The notes under the pieces: model-generated | The model's database searches: none | The model's input: only the letters and a program-made list of their open reading frames with translations | Told to the model about the DNA's origin: nothing | Shown: piece by piece, positions 28,026-36,195 of the stretch | Layout: each line of letters starts with the position of its first letter | Numbering within the stretch: position 1 is the first letter of the stretch | Position numbers and translations under genes: made by a program | DNA from: an uncultured Oscillospiraceae bacterium | GTDB lineage: Bacteria; Bacillota; Clostridia; Oscillospirales; Oscillospiraceae | Direction of reading: 5' to 3' | Length of the DNA: 64,000 nt | Assembly: GCA_934546685.1 (NCBI GenBank) | Contig: CAKTEB010000001.1 | Location: 22,372-86,371 of the forward strand

Positions 28026-28955
28026 ATGCCCGCCTTTACCAAAGAGACCATCCATTTCCCCTCCACGGACGGCAAAAGCCAGACCGCCGGGTATTTTTAC
28101 ACCCCCACAGGCCCCATCCGTGCCGTATTGCAGCTGAGCCACGGCATGTGTGAATATATCTGCCGGTATGAGCCCATGTTTGAGGTCCTGGCCGAGGCGG
28201 GCATCGCCGTCTGCGGCAACGACCATCTGGGCCACGGCGACACCAGCCGCCCGGAGGACTATGGCTTTATGGCCGAGAAAAACGGCTATCAGTTTATCCT
28301 CAGGGATCTCTGCACCATGAACGGCCTGGGGCATAAGAAATTTCCGGGCATCCCCTATTTCCTGCTGGGCCACAGCATGGGCAGCTTTTACGCCAGATGG
28401 TACGCGGAGCTCCACCCGGAGACCATCGACGGTCTCATCATCAGCGGTACCGGCGGCCCCAGCCCTCTGATGCCCTTTGGGCGGCGGCTGGCGGGATTCC
28501 TGGCAAAGCTCCACGGGCCCAGGTACGTCTCAAAGTTCATGGTCAAGTGCTCCATGGGCTCCTACTGCAAGAAGATCGACGACACCACCGACGGCAACGC
28601 CTGGCTCAGCCGGGATCCCCAGGTCTGGAAGGACTATGCCGCCGATCCCAAATGCACTTTTTCCTTTACTGTCGCCGCCTATCGGGACATGCTCACCGCA
28701 TACACCCATGTAAACGCCCCGGAATGGGCCGGACGGCTGAAAAAGGAGCTGCCCGTCCTCATCTACTCCGGCGACTGCGATCCGGTGGGGGACTACGGCA
28801 AGGGCGTGGAAGCCGTATACAACATGCTGCGCCAGGCCCAGCTGGAGGACGTGACCCTGAAGCTCTATCCCGGCGGCCGCCACGAGATGCACAACGAGAC
28901 CAATAAGGACGAGGTCTTTGCGGACCTGATGTCCTGGATCGACGCGCATATTTAA
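28026..28955 (+). CDS. Alpha/beta hydrolase (lysophospholipase / monoacylglycerol lipase-like)
   Basis: ATG at 28026 follows GGAGGAG. Nucleophile elbow GHSMGS. HGMCEY and DHLGHG blocks. Confidence 0.8.
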   Translation: MPAFTKETIHFPSTDGKSQTAGYFYTPTGPIRAVLQLSHGMCEYICRYEPMFEVLAEAGIAVCGNDHLGHGDTSRPEDYGFMAEKNGYQFILRDLCTMNGLGHKKFPGIPYFLLGHSMGSFYARWYAELHPETIDGLIISGTGGPSPLMPFGRRLAGFLAKLHGPRYVSKFMVKCSMGSYCKKIDDTTDGNAWLSRDPQVWKDYAADPKCTFSFTVAAYRDMLTAYTHVNAPEWAGRLKKELPVLIYSGDCDPVGDYGKGVEAVYNMLRQAQLEDVTLKLYPGGRHEMHNETNKDEVFADLMSWIDAHI

Positions 28956-28965
28956 TCTGAACGCT

Positions 28966-29006
28966 AAAAAGGAGCCCTCCGAGCAGATCGGAAGGCTCCT
29001 TTATTT
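28966..29006. terminator. Bidirectional terminator between the hydrolase and SDR genes
   Basis: Stem aaaggagcc / ggctccttt with inner tccga/tcgga pairing. T-runs are present on both strands. Confidence 0.65.
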
Positions 29007-29020
29007 GCGCGCACGCGAGT

Positions 29021-29725
29021 TTACATAACGAATCCGCCACTGACATCCAGCAGGGTACCGGTCACGAAGCTGGCCTGGTCCGAGGCCAGATACCAGATGG
29101 CATCCGCCACCTGCTCCGGCTTTCCCAGCTGCTCCAGGGGCGTCTCCTGCCGGAGCTCCTCCATGACCTCCGGGGCCACGTTTTTCACCATGTCCGTCTG
29201 GATCACCCCAGGGGCCACGGCGTTGACCCGGATCCCAGAGGGTCCCAGCTCCTTGGCCAGGGCCTTGGTCATGCCGATCACCGCCGCCTTGGAGGTGGAA
29301 TAGGGCACCTCACAGGAGCTGCCCACCCGGCCCCACATGGAGGACACGTTGACAATGGCCCCCTGCTGCTTCTGGAGCATGCCGGACAGGGCCGCCTTAC
29401 AGCACAGGAACATGCCCGTAACGTTTACGTCCATGACCCGCTGGAATGTCTCCGCGGACACCCAGTTGATGGGATTATAGTCCACGATGCCCGCGTTGTT
29501 CACCAGCACATCCACCGGCCCAATTTTCGTGAAGACCTGATTGACGGCCTCCTCCCGGGTAATATCACACTGGATGCCGGCGGCTCCGGTCTCGGCCTCC
29601 AGCTGCCGGGCCAGATCTATGCTCTTTTCATAGAGGAAATAGACCTGGTCTCCCGCCGCTGCAAACCGCCGGACCGCGGCGGCGCCGATGCCTCGGCTGC
29701 CGCCGGTAATGACAACTGTTCTCAT
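29021..29725 (-). CDS. SDR family oxidoreductase (FabG-like)
   Basis: TGGSRGIG cofactor motif, NNAG, and catalytic YSTSK. Its start overlaps the stop of the upstream ABC gene (ATGA). Confidence 0.88.
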   Translation of the reverse strand: MRTVVITGGSRGIGAAAVRRFAAAGDQVYFLYEKSIDLARQLEAETGAAGIQCDITREEAVNQVFTKIGPVDVLVNNAGIVDYNPINWVSAETFQRVMDVNVTGMFLCCKAALSGMLQKQQGAIVNVSSMWGRVGSSCEVPYSTSKAAVIGMTKALAKELGPSGIRVNAVAPGVIQTDMVKNVAPEVMEELRQETPLEQLGKPEQVADAIWYLASDQASFVTGTLLDVSGGFVM

Positions 29726-31881
29726 GACCGCACTTCCTCCGGGATAGGGCCGCCGGGGAAGTCGCCCTCCGGTGGTGCTGGGATGTTTTCGGGCAGATCC
29801 TCCTGGAAACCGCCCTCCGGAGGCACCGGGAAGCCCTCAGGAGGCTGCTCCGGGCGTCCGCTCTTTTTCTTCTTGCCCTTTTTTCCCTTGCCGGGGAAGC
29901 CGCCCCCGGGGAAGCCGCCCCCAGGGAAGCCGCCCCCAGGGAAGCCCCCAAAGGCCTCCTCCTGCTGGGCAGGCTCCTCCTCTACCGCCGCACCGATGAA
30001 CTGGGAGTTATAGAGGTCGTAGTAGAAGCCCTTCTGATCCAGCAGCTGCTGGTGGGTTCCCTGCTCGATGATACTGCCATGGTTCATCACCAGGATCAGA
30101 TCCGCGTCCCGGATGGTGGACAGCCGGTGGGCGATCACGAAGCTGGTGCGCCCCTCCATGAGCTTCTGCATGGCCTTCTGGATCAGCACCTCAGTACGGG
30201 TATCTACAGAGGAGGTAGCCTCGTCCAAAATCAGAATACTGGGATCCGACAGGAACGCCCGGGCAATAGTCATCAGCTGCTTCTGGCCCTGGGAGATATT
30301 TGTGGCGTCATCGTTGATGACCGTATCATAGCCCTGGGGCAGGGTCTGAACAAAGTGATCCACATAGGCCATCTTGGCCGCCGCCACGATCTCCTCCTCT
30401 GTGGCCTCCTTGCCAGAAAGGGCATTGTAGCCATAGGCGATGTTGTCCCGGATGGTGCCGCTGAACAGCCACACGTCCTGGAGCACCATACCGATCTTGC
30501 TGCGGAGCTCCTCTCTGGGAATAGAGCGGATATCCTTGCCGTCAATGGCGATCCGTCCGCCGTCCACCTCATAGAACCGCATCAGCAGGTTCACCAGGGT
30601 GGTCTTGCCCGCGCCGGTGGGGCCGACGATGGCCACCTTTTCGCCCGGGCGCACGGTAAGGTTCAGATCCTCGATAAGCTTAGTGTCGGGCTTATAGCTG
30701 AAGTCCACATGCTCGAAGGAGACCACCTTGGGATCCTCCAGATGCTGCATAGGCTCCATATCCGGTACCGCCTCCTCCTCGTCCAGCAGCTCGAAAACCC
30801 GCTCCGCGGAGGCGATGGTGGACTGAATCGTGGAGGCGATGGAGGCCGTCTGGGTAATGGGCATCATCAGCTGCTTGGAGTAGGCAATGATGGCCGTTAC
30901 ATCGCCCAGGGTCACGGCCATGCCCAGGGGGCCGCCGCCCACGATCCACACGCCGCCCAGAATACACACAGCCACATAATTGAGGTTATTGATAACCGTC
31001 ATGGCCGGCTGGATCACGCCGGAGATAAACGCCGCCTTAAAGGAGGACTGAAACAGCACCTCGTTCTCCTTTTCAAAGGCATCCATGGCCGCCTGCTGCC
31101 GTCCAAAGAGCTTTACCACCGTATGGCCGGTGTACATCTCCTCGATCTGACCGTTGAGATTGCCGGTGGAGGCCCACTGGGTGGTAAAATAGCCCTTGGC
31201 CTTGGAGGCGATGATTTTGGTCATCAGGAAGCACAGCACCACCGTCACCAGGGAGATCAGGGTCAGCAGCCAGTTCCGGTAGAACATAAAGAACAGCACA
31301 CTGATCAGGGTGATAATGGCCGAGATGATCTGGGTCAAGCTCATCTGCAGGGTCATGGAGATGTTCTCCACGTCATTTGCTACCCGGGATAGGATATCGC
31401 CCCGGGAATGGGAATCAAAGTACTTGATGGGCAGCTTCTTCAGCTTGATGTCGATGGCCTTCCGCATATCGTAGACCAGGTTCTGGGACACATCAATCAT
31501 AATAAACTGCTGAATCAGGTTGCAGACCACCGTCAGGGCATACAGCAGCCCCACGATCAGCGCGGCATGGCGCAGGGCCCCGAAGTCGATGCCGCCGCCG
31601 GAGGATTTGGCATTGATGCCGTCGGTGATGATATCCACCATATCCGCCAGCTTGTTGGGGGCGTAGGTGCTGGCCACCGTATAGGCGATGGTCATGATAA
31701 AGGTCAGCAGGATCAGGGGCAGCTGGGGCTTCAGCAGCTGAAGCAGACGGGACATGGTTCCCTTAAAGTCGCCCACCTGCTCGCCGCTGGAGATAAACCG
31801 GCTGCCCGGGCCGCCGGAGAAGCGCTTTTGGCGCTGGAGCTCCAGCTCTCGGTTTTCCTTCTCGACATCTTCGTTTGCCAT
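29722..31881 (-). CDS. ABC exporter permease/ATPase fusion (type I exporter half-transporter, subunit B) with ~90-aa low-complexity C-terminal tail
   Basis: 6-TM domain plus NBD. Walker A GPTGAGKTT; deviant signature ISQGQKQ; Walker B ILILDEATS. Tail: GGFPGGGFPGGGFPGGGFPGKGKKGKKKK...PPEG repeats. Confidence 0.9.
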   Translation of the reverse strand: MANEDVEKENRELELQRQKRFSGGPGSRFISSGEQVGDFKGTMSRLLQLLKPQLPLILLTFIMTIAYTVASTYAPNKLADMVDIITDGINAKSSGGGIDFGALRHAALIVGLLYALTVVCNLIQQFIMIDVSQNLVYDMRKAIDIKLKKLPIKYFDSHSRGDILSRVANDVENISMTLQMSLTQIISAIITLISVLFFMFYRNWLLTLISLVTVVLCFLMTKIIASKAKGYFTTQWASTGNLNGQIEEMYTGHTVVKLFGRQQAAMDAFEKENEVLFQSSFKAAFISGVIQPAMTVINNLNYVAVCILGGVWIVGGGPLGMAVTLGDVTAIIAYSKQLMMPITQTASIASTIQSTIASAERVFELLDEEEAVPDMEPMQHLEDPKVVSFEHVDFSYKPDTKLIEDLNLTVRPGEKVAIVGPTGAGKTTLVNLLMRFYEVDGGRIAIDGKDIRSIPREELRSKIGMVLQDVWLFSGTIRDNIAYGYNALSGKEATEEEIVAAAKMAYVDHFVQTLPQGYDTVINDDATNISQGQKQLMTIARAFLSDPSILILDEATSSVDTRTEVLIQKAMQKLMEGRTSFVIAHRLSTIRDADLILVMNHGSIIEQGTHQQLLDQKGFYYDLYNSQFIGAAVEEEPAQQEEAFGGFPGGGFPGGGFPGGGFPGKGKKGKKKKSGRPEQPPEGFPVPPEGGFQEDLPENIPAPPEGDFPGGPIPEEVRS
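29893..29949. repeat. Tandem 15-bp repeat (about 3.8 copies) in the coding sequence
   Basis: Units ggggaagccgccccc at 29893 and 29908, agggaagccgccccc at 29923, and a partial copy at 29938-29949. On the minus strand they encode GGFPG units in frame. Confidence 0.85.
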
Positions 31882-33612
31882 TTACGCCACCTCCTCTGCA
31901 CTCAGCTGGCTCAGGACGATCTCCTTGTAGACCTGGCAGGTCTCCATGAGCTCCTTGTGGGTGCCCATGCCCGCCACCTTGCCCTCGTCCAGGACAATGA
32001 TCCGGTCTGCCCCCAGCACCGTGGTGACACGTTGAGCCACGATCAGAACCGCGGCCCCCTGGGTCTCCCGGCTCAGGGCCTGGCGCAGCTTCGCATCGGT
32101 CTTGAAGTCCAGCGCCGAGAAGCTGTCGTCAAAAATATACACATCCGGCTTCCGGATGATGGCCCGTGCAATGGCCAAGCGCTGCCGCTGGCCGCCGGAC
32201 ACGTTGGTGCCGCCCTGGGAAATGGAGGAGTCCAGACCTCTGGGCATACCGGACACGAAGTCCTTGCCCTGGGCCACCTCCAGTGCCTGCCACAGCTCCT
32301 CCTCCGTGGCGTCGGGCTTGCCGTAGCGCAGGTTCGAGGCGATGGTGCCATCGAAGAGCAGGGCCTTCTGGGGCACCACACCAAGATGACTCCGGAGCTC
32401 CTCCTGGCCGAGGCTGCGGATGTCCACGCCGTTCATGAGGATCTGGCCCTCGGTGGCATCGTAAATTCTGGGGATCAGGTTCACCAGGGTGGATTTACCG
32501 GAGCCCGTGGAGCCGATGATGGCCGTGGTCTCACCAGGCCGGGTCACGAAGCTCACATGCTCCAGCACAGGCCGATCCGCCTCCGGGTAGTGGAAGGATA
32601 CGTCCCGGAATTCCAACCCCTGGAACGTGCCCAGATGCTGCTCCTGTTCGGGAGCGAGATCCTTGACTGTGGGATCGTATTCCAGCACCTCGTTGATACG
32701 GCCAATGGAGGTCATGGCTCTGGGGATCATGTTCATCATCATGGAGGACATCATAACACTCATGAGGATCTGGGTCAGGTAGGTCACAAAGGCGTTCATA
32801 GATCCGATGCCCATGCCGCCGTTGTCAATGCGGATGGCGCCCATGTAATAGGCCGCCAGGGTGGCCACGTTCATGATAAGGGTCACCATAGGCATCATAG
32901 CCGTCATGAGCTTATGGGCATGCACCGAGATCCTGAGCATTTTCTCATTTTCCTGGTCATAGCGCTTTTCCTCATAGTCCGTGCGCACAAAGGCCCGGAT
33001 GACCCGGATGCCAGAGAGCTTTTCCCGGAGCACCTGGTTGAGCACATCCACCTGGGTCTGCTGCTTTTTGAACCATGGATGAGACTTCTTGGTGGTCACC
33101 ACCACCAGCACCGCGATCACCGGCACTACAAACAGCAGGATCACCGACAGCTTCACATCCTGCCGGAGGCACATGATAATGCCGCCCAGCAGCAGAATCG
33201 GCGTGGTGATAATGGTTCGCAGCAGCATCTGCATCATCTGCTGGATCTGGTTCACGTCATTGGTGGTTCTGGTAATGAGAGAGGGGGTGCCGAATTTGTC
33301 CAGGTCCGACTGGGAGAAGGACTGCACCTTGGTAAACAGCCCCAACCGCATATCCCGGCCATAGGCCAGGGAGGCCTTGGTGGAGAAGTAGGTGGTACCC
33401 AGAGTACATGCGCCCACCAGCACCGCCACAATCAGCATCAGGGCTCCGTAAAACAGGATCTTCCCCACATCGCCGGTCATTACGCCATCGTCGATGATCT
33501 TGGCGTTCAGCGCCGGAAGGTACAGGTCAGACAGGGACTGGAGCACAATGAATACCACCGTCAGCAGCACCCATCTCCAATAGGGCTTCAGATATCTAAA
33601 AAATGTTTTCAA
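31882..33612 (-). CDS. ABC exporter permease/ATPase fusion (subunit A, degenerate catalytic site)
   Basis: Walker A GSTGSGKST; canonical signature VSGGQRQR; Walker B VYIFDDSFS (Asp in place of the catalytic Glu). The preferred TTG start at 33612 lies 9 nt after AAGGAG; the ORF-track GTG at 33621 abuts the RBS. Confidence 0.88.
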   Translation of the reverse strand: MKTFFRYLKPYWRWVLLTVVFIVLQSLSDLYLPALNAKIIDDGVMTGDVGKILFYGALMLIVAVLVGACTLGTTYFSTKASLAYGRDMRLGLFTKVQSFSQSDLDKFGTPSLITRTTNDVNQIQQMMQMLLRTIITTPILLLGGIIMCLRQDVKLSVILLFVVPVIAVLVVVTTKKSHPWFKKQQTQVDVLNQVLREKLSGIRVIRAFVRTDYEEKRYDQENEKMLRISVHAHKLMTAMMPMVTLIMNVATLAAYYMGAIRIDNGGMGIGSMNAFVTYLTQILMSVMMSSMMMNMIPRAMTSIGRINEVLEYDPTVKDLAPEQEQHLGTFQGLEFRDVSFHYPEADRPVLEHVSFVTRPGETTAIIGSTGSGKSTLVNLIPRIYDATEGQILMNGVDIRSLGQEELRSHLGVVPQKALLFDGTIASNLRYGKPDATEEELWQALEVAQGKDFVSGMPRGLDSSISQGGTNVSGGQRQRLAIARAIIRKPDVYIFDDSFSALDFKTDAKLRQALSRETQGAAVLIVAQRVTTVLGADRIIVLDEGKVAGMGTHKELMETCQVYKEIVLSQLSAEEVA

Positions 33613-33617
33613 TGGAA

Positions 33618-34199
33618 TCACTCCTTGCTTGGGATCTCGGGCCCGGACGCTATGATTCCCCGGATGTTGCGGCCCAGCCGGGACAGCATCTCGTCCATCT
33701 GCTGGAGCTCCTGGGAGGTAAAGTCCTGAAATACCCGGCCAAAATAGCCGTCCACCGCCCGGCGGTCCTCCTCATCCAGCTGCACCGCAGCCTCGGTGGG
33801 GTAGATCCGGGAGATGCGCTGATCCATGGGATCCGGCCGCCGATCCACATAGCCTGCCCGCTCCATCTTCTGGAGCATCACCGTGACGGTGGCCCGCTGG
33901 ATGTGCAGCCGGTCCGCCAGCTCCCGCTGGCTCATGCCGGGGGTGTGAATGATGATCCGCAGGGCGCTGGCCTGGGCAGGGGGCAGGCCGTCCTCCTGGA
34001 GCACCGAGCGGAAGGCCATATGGTGGATCCTCCCGGTGTATTCGATCCGGCGCATGAGCCGGAAGTTCATGGGTTCGTCCTCGTGGGGCTCTTCCTCCAT
34101 GGGAGGCTCCTTGCCCGGGGGCGGAAGCGGCCCAAACTCCAGGCCGCGCTCCCATTCCTCATCCCTTGGTTTCATAGAATGACAGATACTCCTTTCCAC
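33618..34199 (-). CDS. MarR family transcriptional regulator
   Basis: Winged-helix block GMSQRELADRLHIQRATVTVMLQKMERAGYVDRRPDPMDQR. The start is ambiguous: 34199, 34175, or 34070 (the last preceded by GAGGA). Confidence 0.8.
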   Translation of the reverse strand: MERSICHSMKPRDEEWERGLEFGPLPPPGKEPPMEEEPHEDEPMNFRLMRRIEYTGRIHHMAFRSVLQEDGLPPAQASALRIIIHTPGMSQRELADRLHIQRATVTVMLQKMERAGYVDRRPDPMDQRISRIYPTEAAVQLDEEDRRAVDGYFGRVFQDFTSQELQQMDEMLSRLGRNIRGIIASGPEIPSKE

Positions 34200-34243
34200 A
34201 AAATACCGCCGCCAACATTGTTTTAAGGCTTACAGTATTCTAG

Positions 34244-34266
34244 CTAACAATTAGTAAACTAACAAT
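34244..34266. promoter_or_regulatory. Candidate MarR operator
   Basis: Direct repeats CTAACAAT at 34244 and 34259. Palindrome TTAGT-AA-ACTAA at 34251-34262. An inverted ATTGTT half-site lies near 34217. The site overlaps the -10 element and the predicted transcription start of the marR promoter. Confidence 0.4.
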
Positions 34267-34290
34267 ACAGGATATGCGGGCGTTTGTCAA
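34262..34290 (-). promoter_or_regulatory. Sigma-70-like promoter of the marR-ABC-ABC-SDR operon
   Basis: On the minus strand: TTGACA (34290-34285), 17-nt spacer, TATTGT (34267-34262). Confidence 0.5.
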
Positions 34291-34341
34291 CAGTTTTCTG
34301 CGGCCCGCACGGACTTTTTTCCGGACCTCCCCGCTCCGGGA

Positions 34342-34370
34342 TTGCAATTTCCCCATGGCTTCTTTATAAT
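34342..34370 (+). promoter_or_regulatory. Near-consensus sigma-70 promoter for the Cof-hydrolase / trmH-family genes
   Basis: TTGCAA (34342-34347), 17-nt spacer, TATAAT (34365-34370). Confidence 0.55.
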
Positions 34371-34405
34371 GTGATGGAATAATGAAACAACGGAGGAATT
34401 CTGCA

Positions 34406-34447
34406 ATGAATCACGATCCATCCGCCCGGGAGCTGCCGCTATGGTAA
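34406..34447 (+). other. Possible 13-codon upstream ORF (MNHDPSARELPLW) overlapping the Cof start
   Basis: GGAGGA with an 8-nt spacer to ATG at 34406. The stop TAA at 34445-34447 overlaps the Cof ATG at 34441 (ctATGGTAA). It lies downstream of the predicted promoter. Confidence 0.25.
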
Positions 34448-35283
34448 GGCTCCCGCTCCCAAAGCTCATCGCCCTGGATCTGGACGAAACTACCCTGAAC
34501 CGGGAATCCCAGCTGTCCCCCGGAAACCGTGCTGCCCTGGAGGCCGCCGTCCAGCGGGGCTGTATTCTGGTCATCGCCTCCGGCCGGGCCTTTGACACCC
34601 TGCCCGAGGAAATGCTCCGTTTTCCCGGGGTACAATATGCCATCTGCGGCAACGGTGCGGCAGTCTATGCGCTGCCCTCCCGGGCGCTTTTGGCCCATCA
34701 CACGGTTCCCCCGGAGGCCGTGGATCAAATTCTAACGCTGTCCCTGGGACAAAACCTGACCTTTGAGGCCTTTGTAGCTGGCTGCGCCTACGCCCAAGGG
34801 GACTATATCGAGGATCCCACCCGGTATATGTGCGATCCCATGACCGTCCACTATGTCAAGGCCTCCCGACGCCCGGTGGTGAATATCCGCGCGTTTCTCA
34901 GCCAGCATCGGGCGGAGCTGGACAGCCTGGATCTTGTGGTAGGGGATCTGGAGGTAAAGGCCCATATGACCGAGCTTTTATCCGAGATCCCGGATGTCTA
35001 CATCACCACCTCCGTGCCACGGCTCATCGAGATCTCCCATCGGGACTGCGGCAAGCACCGGGGCCTGGAATTTCTCTCGAACCTGCTGGACATTCCCCAA
35101 AAATCCATCTGCGCCTTCGGCAACGCCGACAACGACGCGGATATGCTCTCCTGGGCAGGCTGCGGCATCGCCGTGGCCAACAGCAGCCCCGCCTGCCTGG
35201 CAGCCGCCAACCATGTGACCGGACATTTCCTGGAAGATGGCGTGGCCCAGGCTCTCAGGGACTATTTTGACATCACGCCATAA
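34441..35283 (+). CDS. Cof-type HAD-IIB family hydrolase (sugar-phosphatase-like)
   Basis: DLDETTL (DxDxT) motif, a VIASGR block, and C-terminal GNADNDADML. Confidence 0.85.
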   Translation: MVRLPLPKLIALDLDETTLNRESQLSPGNRAALEAAVQRGCILVIASGRAFDTLPEEMLRFPGVQYAICGNGAAVYALPSRALLAHHTVPPEAVDQILTLSLGQNLTFEAFVAGCAYAQGDYIEDPTRYMCDPMTVHYVKASRRPVVNIRAFLSQHRAELDSLDLVVGDLEVKAHMTELLSEIPDVYITTSVPRLIEISHRDCGKHRGLEFLSNLLDIPQKSICAFGNADNDADMLSWAGCGIAVANSSPACLAAANHVTGHFLEDGVAQALRDYFDITP

Positions 35284-35300
35284 CCGCAAAGGAGGCCCCT

Positions 35301-36119
35301 ATGGCTCAGATCATTGAAATGCAGGACCTTTCCACCCCGGAGCTGGCCCCCTATGCCCGGCTCACCGAAGCCCAGCTTCGATCCCGCCGGGATCCGTCCC
35401 AGGCCATGTTCATCGCCGAAAGCCCCAAGGTCATCGGCCACGCCCTGGACGCTGGCTGCGTGCCGGTATCCCTGCTCATGGAACGGCAGAAGCTCCAGAC
35501 GGCCCAGGACATTCTAAGCCGGTGCGGAGATATCCCGGTCTATACCGGCGATCCTCAGCTGCTTTCGGAGCTCACGGGCTTCCGGCTGACCCGAGGGATC
35601 CTCTGCGCCATGCGCCGCCCCGCGCCTATCCCCCCGGAGACCATTCTCCAGGATGCCAGCCGGTTGGCAGTGCTGGAGGGCATCGTGGATCCCACCAACG
35701 TGGGCGCCATTGTCCGCTCCGCCGCGGCCCTGGGCATGGACGGCGTACTGCTGAGTCCCACCTGCTGTGATCCCCTGCATCGGCGGGCGGTGCGGGTCAG
35801 CATGGGCACCGTGTTCCAGATCCCCTGGGCTTACCTGGGCACCGACAGTCACCTCTGGCCCCAGCAGGGGCTGGAGCTGCTCCACCGCTATGGCTTTTCC
35901 ACCGCCGCCATGGCCCTGGATCACCGGGCCATCTCCATCTCCGATCCCCAGCTCCGGCAGCCGCGGCTGGCGGTATTCCTGGGAACGGAGGGGGATGGGC
36001 TCTGCCCGGAGACCGTGGTGGGCTGCGACTATACCGTTATGATCCCCATGTACCACGGGGTGGATTCCCTGAACGTAGCCGCCGCCAGTGCAGTGGCCTT
36101 TTGGGAGCTCCATAAATAA
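35301..36119 (+). CDS. TrmH/SpoU family RNA 2'-O-methyltransferase
   Basis: Motifs DPTNVGAIVRSAAALG, FLGTEGDGL and IPMYHGVDSLNVAAASAVAFWE. RBS AAAGGAGG. Confidence 0.85.
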   Translation: MAQIIEMQDLSTPELAPYARLTEAQLRSRRDPSQAMFIAESPKVIGHALDAGCVPVSLLMERQKLQTAQDILSRCGDIPVYTGDPQLLSELTGFRLTRGILCAMRRPAPIPPETILQDASRLAVLEGIVDPTNVGAIVRSAAALGMDGVLLSPTCCDPLHRRAVRVSMGTVFQIPWAYLGTDSHLWPQQGLELLHRYGFSTAAMALDHRAISISDPQLRQPRLAVFLGTEGDGLCPETVVGCDYTVMIPMYHGVDSLNVAAASAVAFWELHK

Positions 36120-36124
36120 ACCAA

Positions 36125-36151
36125 AGGCAGCACCTTTGTACGGTGCTGCCT
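36125..36151. terminator. Hairpin in the convergent intergenic region
   Basis: 10-bp stem aggcagcacc / ggtgctgcct with a 7-nt loop. T-tracts are weak. Confidence 0.4.
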
Positions 36152-36187
36152 AAAATGCCGGAGCAGGCTGTCCCGCTCCGGCATTTT
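36152..36187. terminator. Bidirectional terminator between the trmH-family gene and mtaB
   Basis: Stem aaaatgccggagc / gctccggcatttt. The A/T runs form part of both arms. Confidence 0.65.
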
Positions 36188-36195
36188 CGTTTCCT

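Noticed and set aside
29893-29949. The short tandem repeat could be a CRISPR-like or regulatory repeat array
   Set aside because: The units are contiguous 15-mers with no spacers. They lie in frame inside an ABC exporter gene and translate to GGFPG units. This is a coding microsatellite, not a CRISPR array.
33613-33621. GTG at 33621 as the start of the first ABC exporter gene (as in the ORF track)
   Set aside because: The AAGGAG Shine-Dalgarno directly abuts this GTG with zero spacer. The TTG at 33612 has a 9-nt spacer and gives the typical MKTFFRYLKPYW N-terminus, so the shorter model is preferred.
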